NCBI GenBank assembly: GCA_902792105.1
Contig: CADAYK010000001.1
Location: 4,823-68,822, forward strand
Reading direction: 5' to 3'
Length of the DNA stretch: 64,000 nucleotides
Source of the DNA: an uncultured Ruminococcus sp.
GTDB taxonomy: Bacteria; Bacillota; Clostridia; Oscillospirales; Acutalibacteraceae
A model generated the notes under the pieces. That model searched no databases, was not told where the DNA came from, and was given only the letters and a program-made list of their open reading frames with translations. Made by a program: the position numbers and the translations under genes. This document shows, one piece after another, positions 34,652-44,875 of the stretch. Positions within the stretch are counted from its first letter, which is position 1. The number at the start of each line of letters is the position of its first letter.

Positions 34652-35932
34652 ATGAGTTACTTAAATTTATCCGCACAGGAGCTTGAACAGGAATACCTTA
34701 AGCTCAAAAAGGTTTATGATGAGGAAAAGGCAAAAGGACTTAACCTCAATATGGCAAGAGGAAAGCCCGGAGACGCTCAGCTTGAGCTTTCAAACGGAAT
34801 CCTTGACACTCTTTCCGGCAAAAGCAAGTGCATCGGTTCCGATGGCTTGGATTTCAGAAACTACGGCGTTTTGCCCGGAATAGTGGAGTGCAGAAAGCTT
34901 TTCGGAGAGATCCTCGAGGTCGATTATCAGAATGTGATGGTAGGCGGAAATTCAAGTCTTAGCATGATGTTCGACACAATTGACTGTATGATGACTAAGC
35001 CTGTTGTCGAAGGATGCAAGCCCTGGTATGAGGTAAAAGACAGAAAATTCCTTTGTCCCGTTCCCGGTTACGACCGTCACTTCGGAATTACGGAATACTT
35101 CGGCTTTGAGATGATCCCCGTTCCCATGAACGAAAACGGTCCCGACATGGATATGGTGGAAGAGCTCGTTGCACACGACGACACTATCAAGGGTATGTGG
35201 TGTGTTCCCAAATATTCAAATCCCTCCGGTGTAACCTACAGCGACGAAACGGTAAAGCGCATTGCCGCGCTCAAGCCTGCCGCTAAGGATTTCAGAGTTA
35301 TGTGGGACAACGCTTACTGCATTCACGACATAACCGATACCCCCGACAAGCTTCTCAATATTGTTGACGAGTGCAAAAAACTCGGCAATGAGGATTTGCC
35401 GATTCTTTTCTGTTCAACCTCAAAAATCACCTTCCCCGGCGCGGGCGTTGCCGCTATGGCAGCCTCAGACAACAATATGAAGGTGTTCATGGAGCGTTAT
35501 AAATACAAGATAATCAGCTTTGACAAGATGAATATGCTTCGCCACGTAAGATATTTTAAGGATTATCAGGGCGTGCTCAATCATATGAAAAAGCACAAGG
35601 AAGTGCTCAAGCCCAAGTTCGATATTGTGCTTGACACTCTTGAAAAAGAGCTTGCTCCGGTTCAAATCGGCAGATGGACAAAGCCCAACGGCGGTTACTT
35701 TGTAAGCATTGACGTTTTCGAGGGAACGGCAAAAAGGGTAGTTCAGCTTTGCAGGGAAGCAGGCGTTGTGCTTACTGACGCCGGCGCTACCTATCCCTAC
35801 GGAAAGGATCCCCACGATTCCAACATCCGCATTGCTCCTACGTTCCCGCCAAACGGCGAACTCACGGTTGCCATGGAAATTTTCTGTATTTGCGTTAAGC
35901 TTGCGGCATGCGAAAAGCTTCTCGGAAAATAA
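34652..35932 (+). CDS. PLP-dependent aminotransferase (Rv3722c-like aspartate aminotransferase family)
   Basis: LNMARGKP, CPVPGYDRHF, WCVPKYSNP, WDNAY, STSKITF, NIRIAPT. Promoter TTGCAT-17-TACAAT at 34572-34600. Confidence 0.82.
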   Translation: MSYLNLSAQELEQEYLKLKKVYDEEKAKGLNLNMARGKPGDAQLELSNGILDTLSGKSKCIGSDGLDFRNYGVLPGIVECRKLFGEILEVDYQNVMVGGNSSLSMMFDTIDCMMTKPVVEGCKPWYEVKDRKFLCPVPGYDRHFGITEYFGFEMIPVPMNENGPDMDMVEELVAHDDTIKGMWCVPKYSNPSGVTYSDETVKRIAALKPAAKDFRVMWDNAYCIHDITDTPDKLLNIVDECKKLGNEDLPILFCSTSKITFPGAGVAAMAASDNNMKVFMERYKYKIISFDKMNMLRHVRYFKDYQGVLNHMKKHKEVLKPKFDIVLDTLEKELAPVQIGRWTKPNGGYFVSIDVFEGTAKRVVQLCREAGVVLTDAGATYPYGKDPHDSNIRIAPTFPPNGELTVAMEIFCICVKLAACEKLLGK

Positions 35933-36032
35933 TTAAATATAGTCATATTAGAATAGTGCAACATTTTTTTTACCAAGATTTGTGCATATTAAATAAAGAT
36001 AAATATTTTATCACGAAATATTTACAATTGCA

Positions 36033-36061
36033 TTGACAATTTTACAAAAAAATCATATAAT
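36033..36061 (+). promoter_or_regulatory. consensus sigma-A promoter of secDF
   Basis: TTGACA, 17 bp, TATAAT. Confidence 0.8.
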
Positions 36062-36161
36062 AACTCTGTTACGTCTGTAAGTGCGCTCTTGTAACAGGGT
36101 TATTATTATCTGCATTCAAACAGTGCATTTAAGACAATTATTTTACGGAGGTTTCAAAGGC

Positions 36162-37568
36162 ATGAAAAGAGTTCCAAAGCCTGTGTTCTTCATTGTTGCT
36201 TTGCTGATACTTGCCTTTTCCTTTACTGCGATTTTCGGAGTATCCTATTATAATGGTGACAACAAAAACACAGTAATCAAAGGCGTCGGCGACATCAGAT
36301 GGGGAATTGACATCAGGGGCGGTGTTGAGGCTACGTTTAAGCCTGCGGAAGGCTATAACGCAACCCCGGAACAGCTCCAGGATGCAAAAGCAATTATTGA
36401 ACTTCGTATGGTTTCGCAGGGTATTACAGATTACGAGCTGTACGCTGACACAAACAGCGACAGGATCATTGTGCGTTTCCCTTGGAAATCAGACGAAAAA
36501 GATTTTGACGCGTTAGCCGCTATCAACGAGATTTCATCAACAGCAAAGCTTACGTTCCGTCCCGGCGGTGAATACACCACAACCGAGATGGGTTCGGACG
36601 GCAACCCTGTTTTCAAGACTCCTAAGGGTGAAACCGAAGAAGTCCTTATGGAGGGCGATCAGGTAGCAAAGGCAACCTCGGGTTACATCAACGACAACGA
36701 CGGTTCAAGAAAGTTTGTTGTTGACCTCGAGCTTACCAAGAAGGGTGCAGAGACCTTTAAGGACATAACAACCAAGTATTTAAACAAGCAGGTGTCGATC
36801 TGGATGGATGACATTATGCTTTCTGCGCCTAACGTAAGCGCGGTAATTGCCGACGGCAAGGCTCAAATTTCAGGTAACTTTACCTCAAAGACAGCTGCTG
36901 ATCTTGCTCAGAAGATCAACGCCGGTGCGCTTCCCTTCACACTTGAAACAGCCCACTACGGCAACATCAGCCCGACACTCGGTGAAAACGCCCTTACTGC
37001 AATGGGTTATGCCGCAGTGATCGCGTTTATCGTTATCGCAATCATCATGATTGTGTTCTACAGACTGCCCGGTTTTATCGCCGTTATTGCCCTTTTGGGA
37101 CAAATGGCTCTTTCAGTTGCGGCGGTTTCCGGTTACTTTACAGCTATTCCGTCATTCACAATGACGCTTCCCGGTATCGCCGGTCTTATCCTTTCAATAG
37201 GTATGGGCGTTGACTGTAACGTTATCACCGCCGAGCGTATCAAGGAAGAACTCAGAGCCGGAAGAACTCTTGACGGCGCGCTTGACAAAGGTACCAAGAA
37301 CTCTCTTACCGCTATCATAGACGGTAACATGACCGTTGTAATAGTATCGATTATCCTGATGCTTGTATTCGGTCCTTCAAATATTCTTTCATTCATCTTC
37401 GGTGAGTCAACCACAGGTACGATCTACTCCTTCGGTTACACTCTCCTCGTAGGTGTAATTTCAAACTTCATCATGGGTATCTTCTTCTCAAGACTCATGC
37501 TCAGAAGTATCGCGGGCTTCAAGCCTCTTCGCAAAAAAGTGTTGTTTGGAGGTGCTAAGAATGGCTAA
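36162..37568 (+). CDS. secD: protein translocase subunit SecD
   Basis: WGIDIRGG, AGALP, TLPGIAGLILSIGMGVDCN, IIDGNMT. Confidence 0.93.
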   Translation: MKRVPKPVFFIVALLILAFSFTAIFGVSYYNGDNKNTVIKGVGDIRWGIDIRGGVEATFKPAEGYNATPEQLQDAKAIIELRMVSQGITDYELYADTNSDRIIVRFPWKSDEKDFDALAAINEISSTAKLTFRPGGEYTTTEMGSDGNPVFKTPKGETEEVLMEGDQVAKATSGYINDNDGSRKFVVDLELTKKGAETFKDITTKYLNKQVSIWMDDIMLSAPNVSAVIADGKAQISGNFTSKTAADLAQKINAGALPFTLETAHYGNISPTLGENALTAMGYAAVIAFIVIAIIMIVFYRLPGFIAVIALLGQMALSVAAVSGYFTAIPSFTMTLPGIAGLILSIGMGVDCNVITAERIKEELRAGRTLDGALDKGTKNSLTAIIDGNMTVVIVSIILMLVFGPSNILSFIFGESTTGTIYSFGYTLLVGVISNFIMGIFFSRLMLRSIAGFKPLRKKVLFGGAKNG

Positions 37569-38580
37569 AGACGTTCAGATAAAGGCAGACGCTCCAATGA
37601 CATCCCAGGAAATCAGCGAAAAATATAACGGCGGCAAAAAGGTTATTGATTTTGTCGGCAAAAGGAAGGTATTCTTCGGAATATCCCTCGGTATTATAAT
37701 TATTGGTATTATCTGCAACTTCATTTTCGGCACGACCCTCGACATTCAGTTCACGGGCGGTGCTACGCTGACCTACAGCTATACAAACGACAAGAACCCG
37801 ATCGACCAGGAAGAGCTCCGCAACTTTATTCAGGAGCACACCACCGATAAAATCACAGCTTCATTCTCTACCGACCTTATGGGTAACACAGGCGAGAACG
37901 TAAGCGTTCAGTTCTCGGGCAACGATTCAATCAAGACCGATATTCAGGAAAAGCTTACAAAAGACCTTCAGGAAAAGTATCCCGAAAACAACTTCAAGAA
38001 CCTTGAAGCAAACTCGGTTGACGCCTCAATGGGCTTTATGTTCCTGCTCAAGTGTATTGCGGCGGTTGCACTCGCAAGTGTTCTCATGGTGCTTTATGTA
38101 ACCATCCGCTTCAAGAAAATCGGCGGTCTTTCGGCAGGTGTAATGGCGCTGGTTGCTCTGTTCCACGATATCGCATTGATTTACTTCCTCTACGTTATCT
38201 TCCAGATGCCTATCGACTCTAACTTCATTGCCGTAGTACTTATGATCCTCGGTTACTCGCTCAACGATACTATCGTTATCTATGACCGTGTTCGTGAGGA
38301 AAGAAAGCTCATGGGCAGAAAGGCAGACGTCGGCACAGTGTTCAACGTAAGCTGCACCAAGACCATCAGAAGAACGATCATGACCTCAATAACAACCCTT
38401 TCCGCAATTTTGGTTGTATACATTCTTGCGTTCATCTTCAACATCAATTCGGTTAAGAGCTTTGCTCTCCCGATGATGATCGGTGTTATCTCAGGTTGTT
38501 ATTCTTCAATTTGCATCGCAGGTCCCCTTTGGGTTATGTGGCAGAACAAAAAGGCCGCAAATAAAGCTGCGGAAAAGTAA
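37561..38580 (+). CDS. secF: protein translocase subunit SecF
   Basis: IQFTGG, ALFHD, ILGYSLNDTIVIYDRVRE, RTIMTSITT. Confidence 0.93.
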   Translation: MAKDVQIKADAPMTSQEISEKYNGGKKVIDFVGKRKVFFGISLGIIIIGIICNFIFGTTLDIQFTGGATLTYSYTNDKNPIDQEELRNFIQEHTTDKITASFSTDLMGNTGENVSVQFSGNDSIKTDIQEKLTKDLQEKYPENNFKNLEANSVDASMGFMFLLKCIAAVALASVLMVLYVTIRFKKIGGLSAGVMALVALFHDIALIYFLYVIFQMPIDSNFIAVVLMILGYSLNDTIVIYDRVREERKLMGRKADVGTVFNVSCTKTIRRTIMTSITTLSAILVVYILAFIFNINSVKSFALPMMIGVISGCYSSICIAGPLWVMWQNKKAANKAAEK

Positions 38581-38587
38581 TATATTT

Positions 38588-38968
38588 TTAAAAAATATTG
38601 TTAAAATCAGGGTACTCGCTTCCTTTTATGGAGGCGAGCCCTTTTTTTGCCCCGGCGCTGCATGCAAAGTACATTTCAATGCTGTTGTTATCAATGTATG
38701 TTTTCATCTGCGACAGGTTAATGCCTATGCTGTCTGTATAATCATGGATCAGCAGAGTGTCCAAAAGCTTTGCGGTGTTATCCCATTCACTGCTTATTTG
38801 TCCGCATAAATCCGACGCTTTAACAAAATCGTCTTTCAGCATCATCGCGTCCACAGCCTCAATTTTGTTTGTAAAGCTGTCGGCTGTGTTTCCGATGTAT
38901 ATCAATTCTGTCAGCGAGGCACTTATTCCCGAAATCAATAAGACGATCGTTATGATTATCCTTTTCAC
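38588..38968 (-). CDS. DUF4363-like small exported protein
   Basis: N-terminal TM, W...LIHD motif, coupled to the DUF421 gene. Confidence 0.7.
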   Translation of the reverse strand: MKRIIITIVLLISGISASLTELIYIGNTADSFTNKIEAVDAMMLKDDFVKASDLCGQISSEWDNTAKLLDTLLIHDYTDSIGINLSQMKTYIDNNSIEMYFACSAGAKKGLASIKGSEYPDFNNIF

Positions 38969-39639
38969 CCTTGCTCCTTTTCAATAACCTTGTATTTTCC
39001 GTCTGAATTCAGTGTCATAATAAAAACCCTGTCGAGTGGGGTTTTATTCGTTTTTAGAATTTTAAACACATCCGATCTTTTCCGTCCGCAAAGCGAAAGT
39101 CCTCTTTCAATAATTTTGCCGTCGCTCACAACAATGCTGTCGGGCTTTGTTTGAGCGGCTTTAACACCCATCTCATCAGCGTTGGGTGTTCTTTTTTGCG
39201 GCTTTTCAAGCACGCTCATTGTTCCGTTGGTTTCTGCAATGCAGTATTGAACATCATCAAGGCTGAAAATATTTTGGCTTCTCAGCTGGGCGCAAAGCTC
39301 GCCGGTAGTAAGCCTTAGTCTTCGCATTTGATTTTGCAGAAGCTTTCCGTCATCAATTAATACCACGGGACTGCCGCAAATGATCCTTCTGAAAAATCTG
39401 CTTTTCATCATTATTACGCTCAGTGCAATTTCAAGAGCGACAAGAATAAGCACCGGCACAACTCCGCTTAACAGCGGCTGCGAGGTATTTTGCATGGGCA
39501 GCGACGCAATGTCCGAAATCACCATAGTAACAACAAGCTCGCTCGGCTGCATTTCTCCGATTTGCCGCTTGCCCATAAGCCTGAGCGCCGCGATAATAAA
39601 AACATAAAGAATTACGGTTCGTATTACGGATATTAACAT
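38965..39639 (-). CDS. DUF421 (YetF-like) membrane protein
   Basis: RLMGKRQIGEM, AETNGTMSVL. Confidence 0.88.
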   Translation of the reverse strand: MLISVIRTVILYVFIIAALRLMGKRQIGEMQPSELVVTMVISDIASLPMQNTSQPLLSGVVPVLILVALEIALSVIMMKSRFFRRIICGSPVVLIDDGKLLQNQMRRLRLTTGELCAQLRSQNIFSLDDVQYCIAETNGTMSVLEKPQKRTPNADEMGVKAAQTKPDSIVVSDGKIIERGLSLCGRKRSDVFKILKTNKTPLDRVFIMTLNSDGKYKVIEKEQG

Positions 39640-39738
39640 TTGATCACCTTTTTCATTATTTGCCGTAAAAATCGATTTATTAGCTTTGGCTGATAATTTT
39701 TCATTTTTTGCCGATAATAATTTAAAGCAGGTGATTAA

Positions 39739-41193
39739 ATGGAAGATACATTAAGCAAAATCAAATTGAGCTTAAACGAAATGTTCTCGCATTCCGCAGA
39801 CCTTACAATCAAGGATATAATTCTAAAATCGAATAATAATTTAAGCGGCGCGGTTATAACCATCGAAGGTATGTGCTCAAAGGATGAGCTTGCGCAGTCG
39901 GTTTTAAATCCGCTTATGATGTATGATTTCGGCGCCCAAAGCTCTGACGAAGCGGTTGAAACCATTCTCAGCTCGGTATCGGGAAGCTGCGATATGGTAA
40001 AATTTAATTCCACACAGGAATTAATTGCTTTTATAACCTCGGGTTTTGCGGTAATTGTACTAAACGGCTGCGAAAATATGATTGCGGCGGGAGTTCAGGG
40101 TTACTCATACCGCAGCGTCAGCGAGCCGGAAAGCGAGGTGGTTCAGCGGGGAGCGAGAGAGGGCTTTACCGAACCGCTGAGGGTAAATATGTCGTTGATA
40201 AGGCGGCGTATGAAAAATCCCGACCTTGTTTTTGAGCAGCTAACGGTTGGAACAGAGTCAAAAACACAGGTTATGATTTGCTATCTGAAACACTGTGCTT
40301 CGCCTTCGCTGATAAAAAAGGTAAAGAAAAGGCTTGGGGAATGTCAGCTGCCTACGGTTTTTGCCTCGGGCTACCTGTCGGAATATCTTGAGGATAAAAG
40401 CACAAGCAGACTGTTTTCGGGAGCGGGAATATCTGAACGTCCCGATACGGTATGCGGCAAGCTTACCGAAGGTCGGATCGCGGTTATTATTGACGGAACG
40501 CCGGCTGTGATTATTATTCCGCGGCTGTTTGTCGAGGAATTTCAGGGCGTTGATGATTATTCAAACCGCAGTTATTATGCTACGCTTATCCGTTTAATAA
40601 AGTATTTGTCGTTCTTTTTCGCGGTTTTCGCGCCGGCGCTTTATGTTGCGCTCGCGCAGTTTCACCCCGAATATATCCCCACACGTATATTGATAAAAAC
40701 CTCGGAATCGCTCGCGGAAACACCGCTTCCCGTAACGTTCGAGGTTTTGCTCATCACCTTTGTCTACGAGATCATGAAGGAGGCAGGGCTGCGTATTCCA
40801 AAATCGCTCGGCCACGCAGTGAGCATTGTGGGAGGTCTGGTGGTAGGCGAAAGCGCGGTAAACGCCGGAATAATCAGCGCGTCTACGTTAATGGTCGTTG
40901 CCACAGCTGCCATTTGCAGTTATGTTACCTCAACTTTGTATCCTCCGGTAACCATACTGCGTGTGGTGCTTATTATAACCGCCGGAATTGCGGGACTGTG
41001 GGGAACAGTGCTCGCCACTGCCGTTACGGTAATCAGTATGTGCTCGAAAACCTCGCTCGGCGTGCCCTATATGTCGTCGCTGTCGCCGTTTTCGCTAAGG
41101 TCAATGCGCGATGTTTTTGTACGCGCAAGCTGGAAAAAGCTGGGAGCGCATACAATACGCGTTCAAAAATTTTCCGAAACGGAGGAAAACTGA
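39739..41193 (+). CDS. spore germination receptor A subunit (GerA family)
   Basis: RSVSEPESEVVQRGAREGFTE, ERPD, EGRIAVIIDGTP, EAGLRIP. Confidence 0.92.
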   Translation: MEDTLSKIKLSLNEMFSHSADLTIKDIILKSNNNLSGAVITIEGMCSKDELAQSVLNPLMMYDFGAQSSDEAVETILSSVSGSCDMVKFNSTQELIAFITSGFAVIVLNGCENMIAAGVQGYSYRSVSEPESEVVQRGAREGFTEPLRVNMSLIRRRMKNPDLVFEQLTVGTESKTQVMICYLKHCASPSLIKKVKKRLGECQLPTVFASGYLSEYLEDKSTSRLFSGAGISERPDTVCGKLTEGRIAVIIDGTPAVIIIPRLFVEEFQGVDDYSNRSYYATLIRLIKYLSFFFAVFAPALYVALAQFHPEYIPTRILIKTSESLAETPLPVTFEVLLITFVYEIMKEAGLRIPKSLGHAVSIVGGLVVGESAVNAGIISASTLMVVATAAICSYVTSTLYPPVTILRVVLIITAGIAGLWGTVLATAVTVISMCSKTSLGVPYMSSLSPFSLRSMRDVFVRASWKKLGAHTIRVQKFSETEEN

Positions 41194-42243
41194 TTGCAGC
41201 CTGAAATAAAATATTCTTCAAAGCGATTAATGCTTACGTTAATGCTTTGCGCCTGTTCTGTAATTCTTTTACAGAATAATAATGTTTCTCCGAAAAATTC
41301 GTTTACGGTAAATCTTCTGTGTATGCTCGGCGGTTTGGCAGTGTGCGCGGTGATGTTTTTGCCGCCTGTTATTCTCAAAAAACGGTTTGACACTGATTTT
41401 TTGACGCTGTCGGGAAAGGTCACCCCTAAGCTGAAAATACCGCTTGCGGCGTTATACGCTCTTTATTTTGTGTACGCGTCGGTATATTTTATACTGCCCT
41501 ACACGGATATGTTCTGCAAAAAATACTATCCCGGAGCAAGTCCGTGTATAATCGGGTTGTGCGTGCTTGCGGCGTGCGTTTACGCGGCTTGCAAGGGAGC
41601 AAATATAATCACGCGGTTCGGGATTTTTCTGTTTGTTTTTGCCCTGGCTGCAAATTTTTTGATGTTCGGCGGAAGCATAGGCTCGGTTGATTTTGCCAAC
41701 AGCAGCTTTTTGCTTTATACCGACTTTGAAAGCGCGGCTTCTGCCTTCATATATTTTTGTTCTCCGTCATTTATCGCTGTTATTTACGCCTGCCTTGCCG
41801 GGGACACCGAAAACTTTAGGCTCAGCCAGCCGTTTTTCGCGCTTTTATTTACCGCGCTGAAATACGCTTTGGTTCTGTTTTTCGTAGCTTTTTCGGTGGG
41901 AGCGTACGCTCAGCGTCAGGAATACCAGAGCTTTATACTGTCGAGGGTTGCGCATTTTGACTCGTTCGGGGGAATTGAAAGCTTTTTCACTGCGCTGGCG
42001 ACAATGTCGGTGTTTATGATCATATCAATGTTCTTAAGCTGCGTTAACAAAAGCACGGGAGGCGGAGGAGTTAAGAATTCCGCTGCTTTTGCCCTGATTA
42101 TTTTTATTGCCGCCTTTATGGCGGAATGGAATAATTCTGTAAAAGAAATATTTACAAATGACGTCATACTGATTATTTTTACTGCGGTTGTGGCGGTTTT
42201 TGTTCCGCTTGCATATATCTTTACAGGGAGGAAAATAAAATGA
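41194..42243 (+). CDS. spore germination receptor B subunit (APC-like)
   Basis: ~10 TM segments, located between the A and C subunit genes. Confidence 0.7.
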   Translation: MQPEIKYSSKRLMLTLMLCACSVILLQNNNVSPKNSFTVNLLCMLGGLAVCAVMFLPPVILKKRFDTDFLTLSGKVTPKLKIPLAALYALYFVYASVYFILPYTDMFCKKYYPGASPCIIGLCVLAACVYAACKGANIITRFGIFLFVFALAANFLMFGGSIGSVDFANSSFLLYTDFESAASAFIYFCSPSFIAVIYACLAGDTENFRLSQPFFALLFTALKYALVLFFVAFSVGAYAQRQEYQSFILSRVAHFDSFGGIESFFTALATMSVFMIISMFLSCVNKSTGGGGVKNSAAFALIIFIAAFMAEWNNSVKEIFTNDVILIIFTAVVAVFVPLAYIFTGRKIK

Positions 42244-42830
42244 AGCGTCTTTTATCGGTGCTGCTGTTATTCATTACCGTGATTTTTTCGGGCTGTGACA
42301 GCTCGCATAAAATCGAAACCGCCGCAATCATCGAAAATGTAAGCGTAAAAAGGGAGCACGGACAGCTTTACTACACCTTTTACAAGCTTTCCTCGGAAGA
42401 AAAGCCGCAGAAAACAAGCATTCCCGCTTCATCATTTGAGGAGGCGTGCAAACTTGCCGGGGAAAAATATATCCCGCACCTTTCGCTTGCCAAGCTAAGA
42501 CTTTTGCTTGTGCACCGCGATTTAAAGGACAGTGTTATGCAGAGGGACATAAGCTATATTTCCACACAGACGTATTTTTCGCCTGTTGCTTATGTGGCAT
42601 TGTGCGACAGTGAAGCCCTGCGCAAAACAGGAGAGAGCCCCAAGCTGCTGAGCACTGTTGAGGAAGAGCTGAGACTCTGCCGGAAAAACAATCCTTCGGT
42701 CAGGCTCGACTATCTTTCGATATTTAACAGCCTTCAAAGAGACAACGGAAACGGAGTGGAAATAGCTTATCTTAATTCTGAAAACGAATTAAAAGCCGAT
42801 ACGGAAAAAATTTTTCGTAAAATGTTCTAA
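42240..42830 (+). CDS. short germination receptor C-subunit-like lipoprotein
   Basis: lipobox FSGC, third gene of the gerA-type operon. Confidence 0.65.
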   Translation: MKRLLSVLLLFITVIFSGCDSSHKIETAAIIENVSVKREHGQLYYTFYKLSSEEKPQKTSIPASSFEEACKLAGEKYIPHLSLAKLRLLLVHRDLKDSVMQRDISYISTQTYFSPVAYVALCDSEALRKTGESPKLLSTVEEELRLCRKNNPSVRLDYLSIFNSLQRDNGNGVEIAYLNSENELKADTEKIFRKMF

Positions 42831-42939
42831 AATATGATATTTAATTCACTAAAAGACTTTATCTTTTGGATAATTTGTAGTATAATGATATTTAATTATA
42901 ATGTATCGTTATACCCAAATTTACCAAGGTGGTGGCAAT

Positions 42940-43905
42940 ATGTCTGAATTTTCCGTACCTTTATCCGAAATCGTCAACCGTTTGGAGCTCCAAAGCGTGT
43001 ATGAGGCTGAAAACTATGATGATATAAAAATATCTACGGTTGAAATCAACAGACCCGGTCTTGAGCTGACGGGTTACTTTGAATTTTTTGACAACAAAAA
43101 AATTCAGGTGCTCGGCAACACCGAATTTGCTTATCTTAACAGATTCGGTTCCGAGGCTCAGAGAATGGTCATTGACTCTATTTTCAGCTTCGGTCCGCCC
43201 GCGGTGATTATTTGCCGCCATATTGAGCCTTCCAATGCAATTCTGGAAAGCGCAAAGCTTCACAAGGTGTCAATTTTCAGGAGCGAAGAAACCACGTCCG
43301 ACTTAACCGCTCGGCTTGTATCCTTTTTGAACCGCGAGCTTGCTCCGAGAATCACAAGGCACGGTGTGCTTGTTGAGGTATACGGCGAAGGCTGCCTGCT
43401 TGTGGGCGACAGCGGAGTAGGTAAAAGCGAAACAGCAATTGAGCTTATCAAACGCGGTCACCGCCTTGTTGCGGACGACGCGGTTGAGATCCTGCGAACC
43501 AGCGCAAGCACGCTTATCGGTAAATCACCGCAGAATATCCGTCACTTTATTGAGCTCAGAGGTATAGGAATTATAAACGCGCGTCAGCTTTTCGGTATGG
43601 GCGCGGTAAAAACCGATGAGAAGATAGACATGGTCGTCAACCTTGAGCTGTGGGACAACACCAAGGTTTATGACCGCATGGGACTTGATAACGAATATAT
43701 GGAGATTTTGGGCGTTGAGGTTCCCACTTTGACCATACCCGTTAAGCCCGGACGAAATTTGGCTGTAATCATTGAGGTTGCCGCCATGAATAACCGTCAA
43801 AAGAAGATGGGCTACAACGCGGCAAAGGATCTGTTAAAGAGCCTCGGTATGGACTTGGGTGCTGTGCCCGAATCGCCGAAAACAGTAATTGACAAATGGG
43901 ATTAA
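42940..43905 (+). CDS. hprK: HPr kinase/phosphorylase
   Basis: INRPGLELTG, GDSGVGKSETAIELIKRGHRLVADD, ELRGIGII. Confidence 0.96.
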   Translation: MSEFSVPLSEIVNRLELQSVYEAENYDDIKISTVEINRPGLELTGYFEFFDNKKIQVLGNTEFAYLNRFGSEAQRMVIDSIFSFGPPAVIICRHIEPSNAILESAKLHKVSIFRSEETTSDLTARLVSFLNRELAPRITRHGVLVEVYGEGCLLVGDSGVGKSETAIELIKRGHRLVADDAVEILRTSASTLIGKSPQNIRHFIELRGIGIINARQLFGMGAVKTDEKIDMVVNLELWDNTKVYDRMGLDNEYMEILGVEVPTLTIPVKPGRNLAVIIEVAAMNNRQKKMGYNAAKDLLKSLGMDLGAVPESPKTVIDKWD

Positions 43906-43940
43906 TTCGTTTTTAGAATTATATAGACAGAGAGGGTAAT

Positions 43941-44849
43941 ATGGACAGAACAGAAATCATCTACAATCTTGCTGAAATTGCCGGCTGGGAGGCTTACAAA
44001 AACGAGCCGATGAGCCGTCACACTTCGTTTAAAATCGGCGGTGAAGCCGATACATATATTAAAGTAAAGGATATGTCACAGCTTAAAACCCTGATCAAGG
44101 AATGCCGTGAGGCCGATGTTGACTTCTTTCTGATAGGCAACGGCAGCAACATCCTGGTAAGCGACGAGGGAATAAGGGGAGTTGTGATCAAGCTTGGCGG
44201 AGAGTTCAAAAATATTTCGTTGCTCGACGACGAAACAGTTTACTGCGGTTCGGGCGCTTCGCTTGCCTCGCTTTGCAAATTCGCGCTGAACAACGGTCTT
44301 TCGGGACTTGAATTCGCGTGGGGGATCCCCGGTACGGTAGGCGGCGCGCTGTTTATGAACGCCGGAGCCTACGGCGGCGAAATGAAGCAGGTCGTTCACA
44401 GCGTATCCCACCTTACGCAAAACGGTGAAATCGGACGAACCGACCGCGAAAACCTTGAATTCGGCTACCGCACCAGCGTTTACCGAAAAAATAAGTATCT
44501 TATTACGGGAGCGGTTATAAAGCTTAAAAAGGACAATCCCGACGACATCCGCGCGAGGATGGAGGATTATATGGGACGCCGCAGCGACAAGCAGCCGCTT
44601 GAATACCCAAGCGCCGGCAGCGTGTTTAAACGCCCCGAGGGAGCATATGCCGGAGCGCTTATCGAGCAGTGCGGTTTAAAGGGCAAGTCGCGCGGAGGCG
44701 CCCAGGTAAGCGAAAAGCACGCAGGGTTTATTATTAACAAGGGCAGGGCGACGGCGTCCGACGTAAGAGGGCTGATCCGCGAGGTTCAGACAACCGTTGC
44801 CGAACAGACAGGCTACCATCTTGAATGTGAGCTTATTATTATGAACTGA
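43941..44849 (+). CDS. murB: UDP-N-acetylenolpyruvoylglucosamine reductase
   Basis: HTSFKIGG, GNGSNIL, IPGTVGGALFMNAGAYG, PSAGSVFKRP. Confidence 0.96.
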   Translation: MDRTEIIYNLAEIAGWEAYKNEPMSRHTSFKIGGEADTYIKVKDMSQLKTLIKECREADVDFFLIGNGSNILVSDEGIRGVVIKLGGEFKNISLLDDETVYCGSGASLASLCKFALNNGLSGLEFAWGIPGTVGGALFMNAGAYGGEMKQVVHSVSHLTQNGEIGRTDRENLEFGYRTSVYRKNKYLITGAVIKLKKDNPDDIRARMEDYMGRRSDKQPLEYPSAGSVFKRPEGAYAGALIEQCGLKGKSRGGAQVSEKHAGFIINKGRATASDVRGLIREVQTTVAEQTGYHLECELIIMN

Positions 44850-44875
44850 CGCACCGAAAGGTTTTTTAGGAAATT

